The notes under the pieces were generated by a model. The model was not told the origin of the DNA and did not search any database. It saw only the letters and a program-made list of their open reading frames with translations. The position numbers and the translations under genes were made by a program. A DNA stretch of 64,000 bases, taken from NCBI RefSeq assembly GCF_018350175.1, contig NC_058378.1:65348001-65412000 (forward strand). The letters are read 5' to 3'. The DNA comes from Felis catus. Its lineage: Eukaryota. Shown here in pieces: positions 1-13,300 of the stretch (position 1 is its first letter; the number at the start of each line of letters is the position of its first letter).

Positions 1-59
1 TTAAGACTCAGGCAGAGGTATAAACTTCCTGCCTAAGCATCAGAGATATGCACTAACAC

Positions 60-680
60 ACATAAAGAACCCATAAGCAAAGTCTAGCAGGGTTAATTGC
101 AGTCTTCACTACTCTACTTTCCATAATGTACAGAACAACTAGATGGAAGATCAATAAGGAAAAACAAAACCGGGACCACAGTATAGACTAACTAGACCTA
201 ACAGACATGTATCTATATAACATTCTACCCAACAACAGCAGGATTCTTCAAAATAATCCATATGTCAGGTCATTTAAAAATTCAATAATTTGAAATTCAA
301 TAAATTCAATAATCTGAAATCATACAAAGTATGTTAACCAACCACAATGAAATCTAATTTGGAATCAGTAACAAAAGGGAATTTGGGAAATTCACAAACA
401 TGGGAAAATCATACAATGCACTCCTAAGTAACCAATGACTCGAAAAATGAGAACAATCAGAAAATATTTTGATATAAATGAAAGTGAAGACACAACATCC
501 CAAAACTTATTGGATGCAGCAAAACCAGATACAGAAGAGCAAACTGAACTTAAAGCAAGGCAAAGGGAGGCAGTAATAAAGATTCAAGTGAGAATGAGGG
601 GAATAGAGAATAGAAACACATACAGAAAATTTGTTAAACTGAAAGGTTGCTTTTGGAAAAGATCAACAACTCTACATGGT
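60..680 (+). mobile_element. Old L1M fragment (ORF2, endonuclease C-terminal region), degenerate
   Basis: A-rich L1 ORF2-like text (gaaatcatacaaagtatg...accacaatg, ctcctaagtaaccaatg, caaaacttattggatgcagcaaaa, ttttggaaaagatcaacaa). ORF 435-692 (QNLLDAAK) resembles the L1 ORF2 motif QNLWDAAK. Confidence 0.8.
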
Positions 681-1887
681 AGGTCTATTTGAACCTTCAT
701 TTCGTAGATGCAGAAAACAAAATCCTGAAAAGATCTACAGTTTGACCAAGGTCTTTTTGGAGAGTGTCAGAGTCAGAATCTGAACAAAGGTGGTCTGACC
801 GCCAAACTACACAGTACCTCCTGTGACTGAGCCAAGTAACCGTGGCCATGGATTTCAGGGACGCAATGCTAAGATCAGAGATACTGGAAAGGCATGATGT
901 CAGTAAGAGTAAATGAAGATCTACACAACTGTTCTGAGGATGGAAAGAAATTATACTCAATGGGAGGCAGGAACCATGCTTTCAACAGTCTCCCTCCTGC
1001 CTGTCCCATAAACTTGTGTTGACCGATTGGCTTCATAAATCACAAGCTGGCACCCTCCCATTGAGATTGATTTCTTTATCTTTAAATCTGTGGCTCAGGA
1101 ATATCTGTTCTTAGGAAGAGAATTCCTTCCTAGTTCCATATTCAGTTACCCTGTAAGGTATCTTCTTTATAAAGAAAATGGATTCTTCTACCCCTGAGCT
1201 GACTAGCTAAATTAGATTCTTCATTATATAAAAGAGCTACAAGTTGTGCAATAACTTATGCTGAAGAATTTATCCCACTAAGGCCCCCCCTGCCCCACAC
1301 AAAATATAATGTTCTGGCCTTTTCACAAACTTTGGGGAGGAGGGCTTCCTCTGTTTGTAGAGGCTGGGGGGCATGTCCAGATCTGCCCAAGAATAACTAT
1401 TCCTGCTGTGAGCATTCTGTTTGCATTATGACTTCATTTGGTACAGCAATATAATATATACATACCAATTTTCAGTTTCTCTAGGAACATTATTTGGTGC
1501 CCAAGCTTAGTGTAACTGTCAAAAGTGTTCATGACTCAGGAATCAAGTTACAGTTTCCTGCTAAGAGTACTCAAATCATAAAACTAAAGGCAAATAGGAC
1601 TGGCTTTTTTTTTTTTTGCACACATTTTTCACTCATATCCACTACCACTTCTCGCTTTCATTGAAAAAAAATGTTTTTCTGTTTATGTTATGGCAGAGTT
1701 TATCAGGAAATGAAGGTGATAACAAATCCATTTCCTGATGATTGGAAAGCTCCATACAGGTAGTTAATATTCCTGGTAAGTGCCTCAGGTTATTTAGGTT
1801 GGACAAAAATAAACTAATAGGCTGTTTAGGATAGAGGGCTATCATTTAAGAAAAACAGTCCTTACAGCCAAGGCCGTGACCTTTATA

Positions 1888-2075
1888 AGGTTGCTGTGGA
1901 TGGTTATATAAGGTTTTTTTTTTTTTTTTTACACTGCACAAAAACAACAGGTTAAGGGGTGGGTAAGTGGAGACTATAAGATATTCTGTGCTCCTTTGAT
2001 GAGTCCTATACTTACAGGGCAAGCAGAGGGAATATCTTTATTTTAATTTGCACAATGGTGCTGTAAGGACAAGAA
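1888..2075 (+). mobile_element. MER91-like hAT MITE, degenerate
   Basis: actgcacaa near the 5' end and ttttaatttgcacaatggtgctgta near the 3' end resemble the recalled MER91A consensus. Confidence 0.4.
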
Positions 2076-2112
2076 TAGGCTGAACGTTGCATCTCCAAAT
2101 CAGTTGTTAATT

Positions 2113-2467
2113 TGTCGTCTTCATCCATATGTGCTGCCACAAGGAAATACCACGGATTGGGTCACTTATAAACAACTGAAATATATTTCTGACAGTTATG
2201 GAGGCTAGAAGCACAAGATCAAGGTGCCAGCATGGTAGGTAGAGGGCCCTCTTCTGGGTTGAAGATTTGTATATCTTCTCTTGGCAGAAGGGGCAAAGGA
2301 GAGATGTGGGGCATCTTTTATAAAGCCATTAATTCCCTTCACAAGGGCTCTACCCTTATGGCTTCATCCTGTCTCTCAGGCTCCACTTCCTAAAACCATC
2401 CTGGCAGGTTAAGATTTCAACATGAATTTTGGGGAGGGGTGCAGAATAAATATTCAGAACATAGCAT
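2113..2467 (-). mobile_element. MaLR solo LTR (MLT1A-like)
   Basis: gtgctgccacaaggaaataccac...ttataaacaactgaaat...ggaggctagaagcacaagatcaaggtgccagcatgg...tttcaacatgaattttgggg is a typical reverse-oriented MLT1A/MST LTR. Confidence 0.8.
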
Positions 2468-2569
2468 TTGTTAAAGAAGAAGTATCTTTTTACTTGCAAG
2501 TACTAAAAAGGTACGGTAAGGACAAGATTGTGGTTGGGCTTTAAATAGAACCATCAACATACTCAAGAT

Positions 2570-2571
<2 letters not shown>

Positions 2572-2643
<72 letters not shown>
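2572..2643. repeat. Compound microsatellite (TC)n(CA)n
   Basis: Directly visible. Confidence 0.98.
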
Positions 2644-2647
<4 letters not shown>

Positions 2648-2699
2648 ATGCATGCACACTCATTTGTCTCTGTGTGTCAACCTCATTCTTCTCTCCTAC

Positions 2700-2895
2700 C
2701 ACAGAGCAGCTGTTTACACCTGGTTAAACATGAAAGTGATAATAGCTTCCAAGTTTCACATCTTACAGATGCAAATAGAGAAAGTGATCTAATGATCTCC
2801 CTTGTTCCAAGATCAAAAATCTTGTCTAGGAGACTCATTTGTTAAACTTAGTTCAAGGTCTATTCCTGAGCCAATCAAATATGACCAGAAGGTAT
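2700..2895 (-). mobile_element. Old MaLR LTR fragment (MLT1J/K-like)
   Basis: agcttccaagtttcacatc...tcatttgttaaacttagttcaaggtctattcctgagccaatca pattern. Confidence 0.4.
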
Positions 2896-4257
2896 ATACA
2901 GATATTTTCTAGGGGGAAAAAAGTCTCTAGAAACTATACAGATTGAGCTAGGGAGGAGTATTCCAAGAAGTAGATTGCTATTCTAATAAATATTAAATAT
3001 CAGACACAGCAATAAGATCCAATGAGACTGCCTAAAATGGGAGAAGCCCAAATCATTGACATTCATGAATTTACCTTCATTTAAAGCAAAGGATAAAAAA
3101 GAGTAGCCTACTATACTAACTCTCCCAAAGGCATCAATAGTTCAGCCCTGAAGTCACTTTGAAATCTTAATCTCAAATCTCTCTTCTCACATTTTATTCT
3201 ATTTATATCCTAGTCACACACAGCTCTCACCCTCAGGCTCAATTCATGCCTCACCTCCCTCATGAAGCTTCCCCTCATGTATTATATCCTATCTTCTCTA
3301 TATTCCCATGAACCCTGACAACGGGATTCACAAATTGCTTTCCTTAATCATATACTGTCTCTGTTGCTCATTAACTATTTTGGGCTATCATTCATCTCCC
3401 CAAAAGAACTATAAGCTCCATAAATCTTGTATAATGACTATTATTGGTACACTAACAACTAAAATTACCTTTATTCTGCCTCTTACAGCAAATAGCACTG
3501 TGCTGAGTGTACTCTTGGTAAACATATGAATAGGAACAAATTTGGGGAAGATAACATTAACACTAATTGTGCAAAGCACATTGAAGATCCTCAAAGTAAG
3601 CAGAACAGATGAGTGGCAGGGGCATAGTCTCTTTCTTGAGACATAAATGGGCTAATAAATACTGAATAATATGTTAAGGGATAAACTCAAACACCCAGTA
3701 TTTGGAAAATGCTTAAACTTGGAATGAGGAATCAGAATTCTATTTTGCCTTTTCCTTATTTATGGAGTGTCTCAGAAGCAAAGGTAGTTAATAAAATTTA
3801 CAGAGAAAAATAATTTATTTTCTAGAAAAATGGAGTTTCTGCATTAACACAAAATCCCAAGCGTAAGGCTTGTCAACTCAGACCATGAAAATGGCTGGCA
3901 TACAAGCTCACTAATTTGGCTAACAGAAATGACCAACAATGGAATTGGGTAAAACCTTGCTTTCAAAGTGTACTTTAAAGCCACAACAAATAAAATCTGA
4001 ATTAACTAAGTTAATATTCAAGGGAGAGACCTTTGTTAATGAACTAAGGGTGAACACATGCCATTTGTGAATTCTCTGTTACAATATAATTTATGCTTTA
4101 AGAGTAATTCAAAGAGACTTGTATTTGGAAAGTAAATTTTCTCTTCCATAGTTGTTTACATTATTGTTTGTTGAATTCACTTATTGAATATTTTCCCACA
4201 TAGTGTATATTGCACTTGTTAAAAAATTCATTCACATTCATTCATGATCCCATCTGT

Positions 4258-4330
4258 ACAAAAAAACAAAAAACAAAAACAAAAACAAAACAACAACAAA
4301 AGAAAACACAACAACAACAACACCAAAAAC
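4258..4330. repeat. (CAAAAA)n/(CAA)n simple repeat
   Basis: Directly visible. Confidence 0.9.
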
Positions 4331-5359
4331 ATGACCATGACTCCCTTTCAGAAGAAAACAATGTAAGGTTTAAAATGCTTCCAGATTTGCCTCAGCTTGC
4401 AGTGTAAATACGGAACACAGCGGGAGCAGAAATCCATACGTGAGATGTCTTTCTAATATCTCTAATGAACTAACTACTGGCCTGAACAGCAACACTTCCA
4501 AGTCAGTAAGATTTGAAAAAAGTAAGATTTTACTATATTTGAGTTTTTAAAGGGAAAAATATAAGCTGATGTGCCCAGAGGTGAAACAATCACCCAGACA
4601 AAAGATACCTCATCTCCTCCAGATTAATGCCATAGATGTTAGGTGCAATGTTTACTAGATGTCTGCACAGAAAAGACACCTGATTTGGGCTGAGCTTGGC
4701 TGCAATTACAAGCTATTTTTTGTATCATTTACCTGGTTTACTTGAAAATGCATATAGATAATAGACACATATTGTCTGTCTCTCTCCTTTCTGAAATGAT
4801 AGAATCACACACTTGTAACCAAATGGATAAACGGGTGAAGTTTGGGGCTTACACTGCAGAATCCTCCCTCCTTACCCTTTCATGTACACCACGTTTGCAG
4901 AGGGATGTTTATGGAAGAAATTGGATTCACTGTTTGCATACAGAAATATATTTAGCTGGTGGCTGTAAGCGTAGGTCCAATTAACTCTTTTAACAATATG
5001 GGTGAAATGAGGTTATTGGATTATGTTTGTAGCCAATTATAATTGTTTTGGTTGAATACTCCCTCTTGTAACCTTATTTACAGTTAAGAAAACAGCGTTG
5101 AAAAATATTTCTTAGCATGGAAGAAAAAAGCCTAGGGAAAAATTGAAAGAATAATTTCTTTTCTCTAGATCATGAAACATGACCTCTTATTTATGTTTGG
5201 GCACAAAGGAAAGCCTACTTTTTCAGAAGTAAAAATAAAAATGCCAGACATGAAACATTTTGAATACATGTCATTATCTTCATTATCATCATTATCTCTA
5301 TCTCATCATAAAAAGGAATGTCATAGATGGGAAACAGTGCGATTCAAAGCGAGGAACAC

Positions 5360-5515
5360 AAGACTGGGACCAAGTCGACCTCAGTTCTAATGTTAGCCCT
5401 GCAGCTAGTGAGCCACAACCTCTCTGAATTTAATGCCCTTCATCTAGAAAGTACAAATAATAAGACTGTTATCACAATGATCAAATGAGGAAATGTTCAT
5501 GATGTGCTTTAAAAA
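5360..5515 (+). mobile_element. MIR fragment
   Basis: aacctctctgaattt...cttcatctagaaagt...aataataa...atgatcaaatgagg MIR core. Confidence 0.55.
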
Positions 5516-5628
5516 CCAAAAATCATAAGGCATTGGTTGTGAAAAAGTATTGAATAATAGGTATTTCCTCTAAAGTTATTTTAAACTATGGTGCCAGGAG
5601 ATTTTATTCCATGTATTAAAATTATCCT

Positions 5629-5830
5629 GGGGCACCTGGGTGGCTCAGTCAGTTAAGCTCAGTCAGTTGAGCATCCTACTTCGTTCGGCTCAGGTCATGA
5701 TCTCACAGTTCATGAGTTCGAGCCCCACATCGGGCTGTGTGCTGACAGCTCAGAGCCTGGAGCCTGTTTCTGCTTTGGATTCTGTGTCTCCCTCTCTCTC
5801 TGCCCCTCCTCTTCTCATATTCTCTCTCTG

Positions 5831-5866
<36 letters not shown>

Positions 5867-5897
5867 AAGAAATAAATAAACACTAAAGAAAAATGTA
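5629..5897 (+). mobile_element. Can-SINE (SINEC_Fc-type)
   Basis: ggggcacctgggtggctcagtc head, B-box gagttcgagccc, (CT)n and A-tail. TSD aaaattatcc at 5618-5627 and 5898-5907. Short internal duplication ctcagtcagtt in the head. Confidence 0.97.
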
Positions 5898-6149
5898 AAA
5901 ATTATCCCTATGGTAATACTAAGACAATTTTTGTCAACTCATCACCCTCTTTCCTTACCTATTGCAAATATCTTGTGAATGGGATTTCCTAAAGGCATGA
6001 GAAAGTCCATGCTACTTGATTGGAAAAGCAAAATCACTGGAATGAATGAATCACCATGAGAAGAATAAGTGACTCTTTAAAAAACTAGAATCACATGTCC
6101 AAGACCTGGCAAGTAAGTGACTAGTAATCTCAGAATCTGTTAAAAAATG

Positions 6150-6335
6150 TAGGTTTCATTATTTTACGGGTATGATGAGGTCAACACATCAGGAGACAAT
6201 TGCACTTAACAAATAATTTGTTATTCAGAGTTCCCCAAAAGAAGGGGCATGCCACACCTCCTGGGGCCACAGGGGAACCAATGGGGTCAGTGCAGAGGCA
6301 GAGGGATCACTCTTGGGAATGAATACAGTCTGTAG
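6150..6335. mobile_element. ERVL-class LTR fragment (MER54/MER74-like, family uncertain)
   Basis: gggtatgatgaggtcaacacatcaggag...agttccccaaaagaaggggcatgccac...ggggtcagtgcagaggcagaggg resembles recalled ERVL LTR consensus text. Confidence 0.4.
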
Positions 6336-6397
6336 GACTAGTCCCCAACCCAGCTCTCCCACTGAGAAACCCAGGTTAGAAACTACAGATTATTCAG

Positions 6398-6492
6398 TGG
6401 CACCTGGATTTCCAGCCCTGCATCGGGCTCCGTGCTGACAGCTCAGAGCCTCCATGCTGACAGCTCTGTCCCTTCCCCACTTGCACTCCCTC

Positions 6493-6556
<64 letters not shown>

Positions 6557-6595
6557 TTTCTCTCTTAACATTAAATAAACATTAAAAAAAAGTAA
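6398..6595 (+). mobile_element. Can-SINE with internal deletion
   Basis: ggcacctgg jumps to agccctgcatcgggctccgtgctgacagctcag, then long (CT)n and A-tail. TSD agattattcag at 6387-6397 and 6596-6606. Confidence 0.9.
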
Positions 6596-8054
6596 AGATT
6601 ATTCAGAGCAAACCCATAGCTACTATTAGGGGAAACTTCAAGGAGAAGTTATACTGGCAGTGAGGCAATAACATCTTTTATTTAAATACAGAAAACACGG
6701 ATAAGTCTTTTCCATAGAGCAGGTTAAGTCTACGTATCCATGTTTGCATGTATGTATTGCCCTGTAAGTAGAAATGGTGGTTACATGGCATTTGACAAGA
6801 ACTGATTTACCTGTAATTTATCTCTATTAATCATATAGGATATATTAATAAGAATCAGGATAGCTAAGTATCTGGCTCTTACAGTTTCATGAGGGATATT
6901 TATAAAAGGACTATTTCAGAAAGTATGTAGTTCTATATATGTGCATCACTTCACAACCTGCCATAGTTCCCGGAGGGAGTGGCCCAATTTACCTTGTCAC
7001 ACATCCATAGTCTCATAGCTAATAAGAGGCTAAGTGAATATTTAAACCTCAGCAGTCTGTTTACAGGATCTGTGCAGGGAATCTCCAGTCCACACTGTAT
7101 TGTTCCATCTGATCTTCATATCAACCCAATTATTCTCTCTGGTATTTGGGTGTTGTATGATTTATCATACAAATGGGGACATTTCTGAGAGCAAAACTGA
7201 GCAGTATTAAAAACTATGTTGGAAAAACAACCATAAAAAGGGCTGCCTTATTTGAACAAGGACTAAGTTCTCCTGATTATTACTGATGTGCAATCTGAGG
7301 CCTGGAGATGCCTGGTTCATTGGTGCCAGAGCCGGGACCAACCAGGTTTCCATGGTCCTCATAAGGGCCACCCCACCTCACTTCTATGGTGTCCTGCCTC
7401 CCCTTTCCCAGCTGACACTGGTATTCACAAAACACAAACCCAAACTGCCATAAGGAGAAAGCTAATCTACACCTTCAATTAAATAGTTGATGAAGAAGTG
7501 AGGCCAAGAAGGTAAAGGGATGAGGACAGATTTCTTGACTTAAGAAAAGGAAACAGCCTGTTGCAAAGACACGAATCTCCTTTTGGCTCTAGGTCACTGT
7601 TCACATTCAGTCCTGTATTTGTAGTATCTACTCCTGACACCATATTCCTAGGAATAGACAAATCAGACAACTGACCATGACATTGCTGGTGTCCTCTCTG
7701 TTAACTCTGGTGCTTGGCAGGTGACCTAGCAGAAGAAATGCACCATGTCACATCTCAGTGCTTGTCGCTTGGAGGGAACTGAGGATTTGAACATTCAGAA
7801 GGACCACTCATCTCTGTGCATGGGACAGTGGTAAAATGGCACGGGTCTGTGGCCAACATCTTGTGACATTCACAGAGTCTCTGACACGGAAGAACAGGGT
7901 GATAAGAACGTTACATCTCCAACATCAGTGGAAAAGACTGTGCTTTGTCACTTGTGTGTGCCAATGTGGCACTGTTGGCAGGCCAAAGGATCTGGGAATT
8001 GTCTTTAAGATCAAAATGTCAAGGTCTACTTCTTAATACCAGTATAATCATTAA

Positions 8055-8240
8055 TAGAATGGATTTAGAAATAGTGTAACCTGGATTTGTAGCCTCACTT
8101 TGACACTTACTAGTGGTGTGACCATCAATGACTTATTTAAAATTTCAAATCCTCATCAAAAAAATGGGGATAATGACTATTCATATTTCATAGGACTATT
8201 TGAGGATTAAGTGGTATAAAGCATGCAAAGTACCTCAAAT
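8055..8240 (+). mobile_element. MIR
   Basis: cacttactagtggtgtgacc...cctcatc...aaaatggggataat...gaggattaagt...gcatgcaaagtacct. Confidence 0.8.
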
Positions 8241-8559
8241 AGAACTTTGGTTATTTTTATTAATACTTTTTAAGTTCAGTATAAAATTTAGGTGAACCCA
8301 GGGAACATTTTTTAGGAGCTGAATAAAACAACAATATACATTTTTTTAGTCTTAAGGAAGAGGATGTTTTAGTTTTTTTTTTCAATGGTTTAGAGAGGGT
8401 ATCAATCTTTTCTGACATTCTGTCAGACTTAATTGTCAGAGCATGCACATAACAAAGGCATGGAAATCAAGGGAGAACAATGTCTGTCTCTCTCACAAAC
8501 ACAGACACACAAACAGACACACAATGTTTTTTTCAGAAAGATTTTACAGGAATTTGGAG

Positions 8560-8975
8560 ACATATCTTTTTACCCTTAAAATACATCAAAGTATATTCTT
8601 AAAACAAGAACATTCTATCACATAACCAAAGTACAACTGGCCCAATAATGATATGTAATGTTATATAATAATATTATGCAACCTATAGTCTGTATTCAAA
8701 TGTCTCCAATTTCTGGAATAGTTATCTTTATAACTTTATTAATACGTTTGCTTCCTGGTCTAGTATATAAGTCAGGATCACAAACAGCATTTAGTGGCAT
8801 GGCTCTTTAGTCTCATTTATTCTGTAAAATTCTTCAATCTATTCTCATCTTCCATGAACTTGACATTTTTTTGATTAGTCTAGTTCTTTTGTAGAATATC
8901 CATGAATTTGTGCTTGTCTGATGCTTCACTCATAAATAGATTTGTATTATGCATTTTTGGCAATAAAACTATATT
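8560..8975 (-). mobile_element. L1MC4/L1MC5-like 3' end fragment
   Basis: aacaagaacattctatcacataacc...caggatcac...gcatttagt...tctttagtctc...gacatttttt...tgtagaatatcc...tatgcatttttggcaa. Confidence 0.7.
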
Positions 8976-9009
8976 GACAAAGCCTCAGGTGGGTCTCTCT
9001 TGGTCTGTA

Positions 9010-9430
9010 TCACGTGGCCCTGTTGCCCTGCAGCCACACCTCTCCCATCCCTCTCTCTAAACTCTGCACTCCTGCCATATTGAGCTATGCTTCTCACCAT
9101 ATCAGAATCTCTGTGTCATATGCCTCTGCCTAGAATACTTTCCTCTGCCTGCCCCTTTGTCGTCTCTCATTCTCCATCATTCTTCTTTCTGATCTAAGCT
9201 CCAAGGTCTCTCCTTCCCCAGAGAACATCTCCTTAGACAAGGTTACATTCCCACCCCCACCCCTCTTTCCCTATGGCACTTATGTCTTTTGTAATTGTGT
9301 GTCTATGTCCACTTTGGGTCTGTGAGCTCCCTGAGGAGACGGGGTACTGTGTCACACAACCTTCTATCCCCCCATTTAGGCTATTGCTCAAGATACAGAA
9401 GGCACAATGGATATGTGTTACATAAATAAG
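9010..9430 (+). mobile_element. L2 3' fragment
   Basis: cctctgcctagaatactttcc...ctgtgagctccctgagg...ctgtgtc... matches the L2 3' terminal pattern. Confidence 0.7.
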
Positions 9431-11253
9431 TTATACTTTTACTCCTTTATTGCTTCTGTAATTTCTGATTGACTGGGGTGCTTCACACTGTCTATCACAT
9501 GGAGCTATTCCGTTTAATAGGTGTTAACAGAAAATAAATTACTATCGATGTAGTTGTTACTTATAAGACTGGACCTTAATCCCAGCACCATGCTAACAGG
9601 GTTTAAGGACAGCCAACTGTAGGAAAAAATTCCAAGAAGTAAACCAATTATTGCCATATGCTTTGTCTAATATTGTATCTGTTTTTTCTGCCTTAGATTT
9701 TAAGGACATCTATATCTTTGAGGCACAATGGTTGCTTGCCCACAAATTATTGGTTAAGCTAATAGTTTGGTTAAAAATGCAAGCAAAACTAGGGTCAGAG
9801 AGGTGATGAACTTACATAAAGTAAAACAAAAAGAATAAAAGAAAGAAAAGAATAAATTTTAAAAGTTAAAAGATTGAGCTCATTCAACAGCCTAAACACA
9901 TTACTGCAGCTTGCATATATTTATGATCAATAATTTATTCAATGATATGGCAGAATTCAACTAAATTATCTTGTAGAGACAACCAACTAGCCCACCCCAG
10001 AGACAATCCTCTCCTCAGGAAGAGGTTCTGCAACAAGGTAGACACTGGATGCTCCTTTGTTTCACCTGGATCCAGAATCTTCCCGTCTGCCTGCTCCTCA
10101 AGCTCTGAGGGGAATTTTAGATTGATGTCAGTGATTTCATTAAGCTTCCTTGGACATGTCAACATAGAAATTGTCCTTGAAAACACAGCTCCACATGCTG
10201 TGGAGAATTTGCTGAGGAACGCCTTTCTATATATAAATATAACACAGCTCTGGTGCTGTGAATGTAGCATCTGTTAGCTGCTTCCCATTGGGTGGACCGC
10301 TGATCATGGGGCCAGGGGAAGAGACTATGGTGTGGCAGAGTGTAGGAAATAAAAAAGAAAAATACTACTGTTCAGTGTAGACCTCTGTGCAGATCAAGAG
10401 GCAGCTAGACCATGAAGTCCAATAGGAACTAGGGGTCCATGCCAGATGCTTAGGATTGAGCACAGAACAGGGTTTCTACATTTAATAATGTTAAGTTGAA
10501 TTAATTAATTCCCTGTCTTGGTTTTGACTCTATAAGAGAGAGGTACTGGCCCTGAAAAAAACTGTCATGTGTAGATACCTGGTAATGTCTTACTACCTGC
10601 TCTTTAGCTTGTGGAATACCAACTTTAACCAAAGTACTGTTTAATGTCACCATATTACCGAGGTGGCCATTTTATTGTCAGTGATAAAGCTGAAAATCTC
10701 TCAACAAATCACATTACTTTGGGGTTGACAATTGTATTATACAAAAATCCTCTAAAAGCCTTGGTGGTCCAATCGATGCTGACAAACCAAAACAGGAATA
10801 ACCTGAGTAGTCTGTGGGCACTCAGGGAAGTGACAGTCTCATCACGAGACAGTTACTGCAGGAAGAGAAAAAAAAATCAAAGCAGAGGCCAAAGCTGCCA
10901 TTTCGCTTGTGCAAAATGAACTTTTATTGCTCTGAATATAAAAAGTGATTCTAATGGTTGCCTTTTTTAAAAAGCAGTAATTTAAGCTCTCAGAGAAGAA
11001 GGAACTTATGTATAAACTGAAGCTGTACCAACTTTAAACCACGTTATGAACGCATGAAGGAAAATTAGAATGGAGGTTAAATCTATGTGTATCCTGGATT
11101 GCATCTTTTCCATTGACCCACAGCAATTCCAAGGACAATGTTTTGATTCAGTCCTAGTCCCTCACAGAGGTAACCTAGTTGGGGAGTAGGGGATGTCTAC
11201 CTGAAAATGTGACATTTAAATTTGTATTTAGAAGATGAACACAAGGTAGCTTA

Positions 11254-11328
11254 GAAAAAAAAAGGGGAATGAGAAGAGAAAGAGAAAGAGAGAGATGGGG
11301 GAGGGAGGGAGGGAGGGAAGGAGGGAGG

Positions 11329-11359
<31 letters not shown>

Positions 11360-11365
11360 AGGAAA
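11254..11365. repeat. Polypurine (GA/GGGA)n tract
   Basis: Directly visible. Confidence 0.9.
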
Positions 11366-12199
11366 TGGGGGATGAGCCCAGGCTCAGGGAACTGAATGTT
11401 CTTTGGCTGTATTGAGTAAAACCAAAGACCAAAGGGTGAACTGTGGGAACTCCTTGTTCCATTAAAGTGGCCATAGGGAAAACTGACCTCTTCATAGCCT
11501 TCTCCACACAAGGAAAACTCCCTACAAACTCCTTTGGCTTCCAGTGTGTTCAACTTACACTACTTGTGGAAGATTCATTTCTCTAATTCCCCTTTGCATG
11601 CTGGCTGGAACTTCCTCTCACTTTCTTCCCATTGATTGTGACCACTCTTAATGCTAAGTACTTACTTAGTCCCTTGATGTCTTTCTCTTTCTCTCCCCAC
11701 TAATTCCGCCACAAGTGCCCATCAATGTTTGCATCTTCCTGAGATTCATCCCATGATTTCCCATTGCCTCATTATTTAATATTTAGGGTGAGCTTATGAT
11801 TTATCAGCAAAAGTAGGAAACATGAGAGTACATGACTACTACTATTATTCCAAGGAAACAGATGTAAGCCATTATTGTCTCTGGGAAAACTTAAATGTAT
11901 GGTCACCCCCCTTTCATTGAAAAGACACATATACACAGGTATACATGCGCACACACACATATAAATGTAGCAGCTTTTTACTATGATCTCTGGACTTTTC
12001 ATTAACCATTTAATATACGGTTGACTTGAGCCTCAATCTAAAATGTCATGTCCTAGAGACTAGAGACCCTGTATTATGTCTTTCATTTTCCAATCACTGC
12101 TTAACCCTCTGTTAGCAGGTATACAGCAGGTACATAATGAACACCTAGAATGTGATTTTAAAACAAAATAAATGATTCATGGCTGATTACTATACAATA

Positions 12200-12242
12200 G
12201 TCATTCTTGACCTTAATTGCTCATTGGAATAACCTGATAAAT

Positions 12243-12294
<52 letters not shown>

Positions 12295-12410
12295 CCTCAG
12301 TCCCATCTCCAAAAGTCAGGTATTCTGATTTAATTTGTCATGGGTTTGGCTTGGGTGTCAGGGCTTTTAAACACTGCCAGGTGATTCTGATGTCCAGCCA
12401 ACATTGTAGA
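12200..12410. mobile_element. MER5-like hAT-Charlie MITE containing (CA)n at about 12248-12292
   Basis: cattggaataacctg...attctgatttaatt...ccaggtgattctgatgtccagcca. Confidence 0.7.
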
Positions 12411-12899
12411 CAAGTCCCAGGGAGGTCATTTGTCAAGCACTGTGGTGATGAAAACACATACTTTGTGAATGAAGAGGCCAGGAAAGAACAGCCCTACAGA
12501 ATCATAGAATACTAGACCTAGAAACCATGTCAGGATTGAAGCATTATTATTAAGCACTCAGACTTTAAGCCAGATTGATTCAGATTCAAGTTACCTAAAT
12601 AGGATAGATTCTGCTGGACCCAATAACAAGGAAACAGTAATCTGATTTACTTCTCATAGAAAACATTAAAAGGTATTAAATTAGCATAGATTGCCTCCAG
12701 CTATTTTAATTTAAAATATGCTCGCTTGTGGTCAGGCATAAATCCAAAATTGCTCTGGAAACATGATCATCAAATTCCTATACTTCTAGTAAATCACTCC
12801 ATTCCCCCTGTGGAGGTATGACTTTCATCCAGATGACAGAACAAGGCAGTGTAGGAAGATGGTTTCTTTCATTGTCTGCCAATTGTGGAGACTGTAAAG

Positions 12900-13300
12900 C
12901 AAACAACAGAGGTTGAAGTTCTTGTTTATTGCTTAAATCCAAATCCCTTGATGTTCAACTTACTGATCTGATTCTTGCTCTTCCCTCTAATGGTACCCTG
13001 ACATCTCTTCCCCATATATATTCCAGTCATTCAGAATTGCTATACTGTGCTTCTTTTTGCTTCTGCCAATGAGATCTTACTTAATTGTATCCTAATCATC
13101 CTTGACTTAAGAAGACAGGTGTATCAATGAAAATATGTTTCCCTTCATATTGTCATTTTTGTTGTCCACATCTCTTTACCCCATAGAATGTGAGACTTGC
13201 AAGGGCAAAGAGCATGATTAATGTTCCTTTATATAGCTCCAAGGATGAGCAGAGAACTGGTCTCTAGTAAGTTCTCAAAAGGGTTGAACCAGTGAAAGAA
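12900..13300 (+). mobile_element. L2 fragment
   Basis: aaatccaaatcccttg...tagaatgtgagacttgcaagggcaaagagcatg...tagtaagttctcaaaa. Confidence 0.6.

Noticed and set aside
9935-10277. Two overlapping antiparallel 111-aa ORFs and a possible minus-strand exon at 10066-10226
   Set aside because: No recognisable homology and only moderate splice signals. This cannot be supported without PhyloCSF or RNA-seq.
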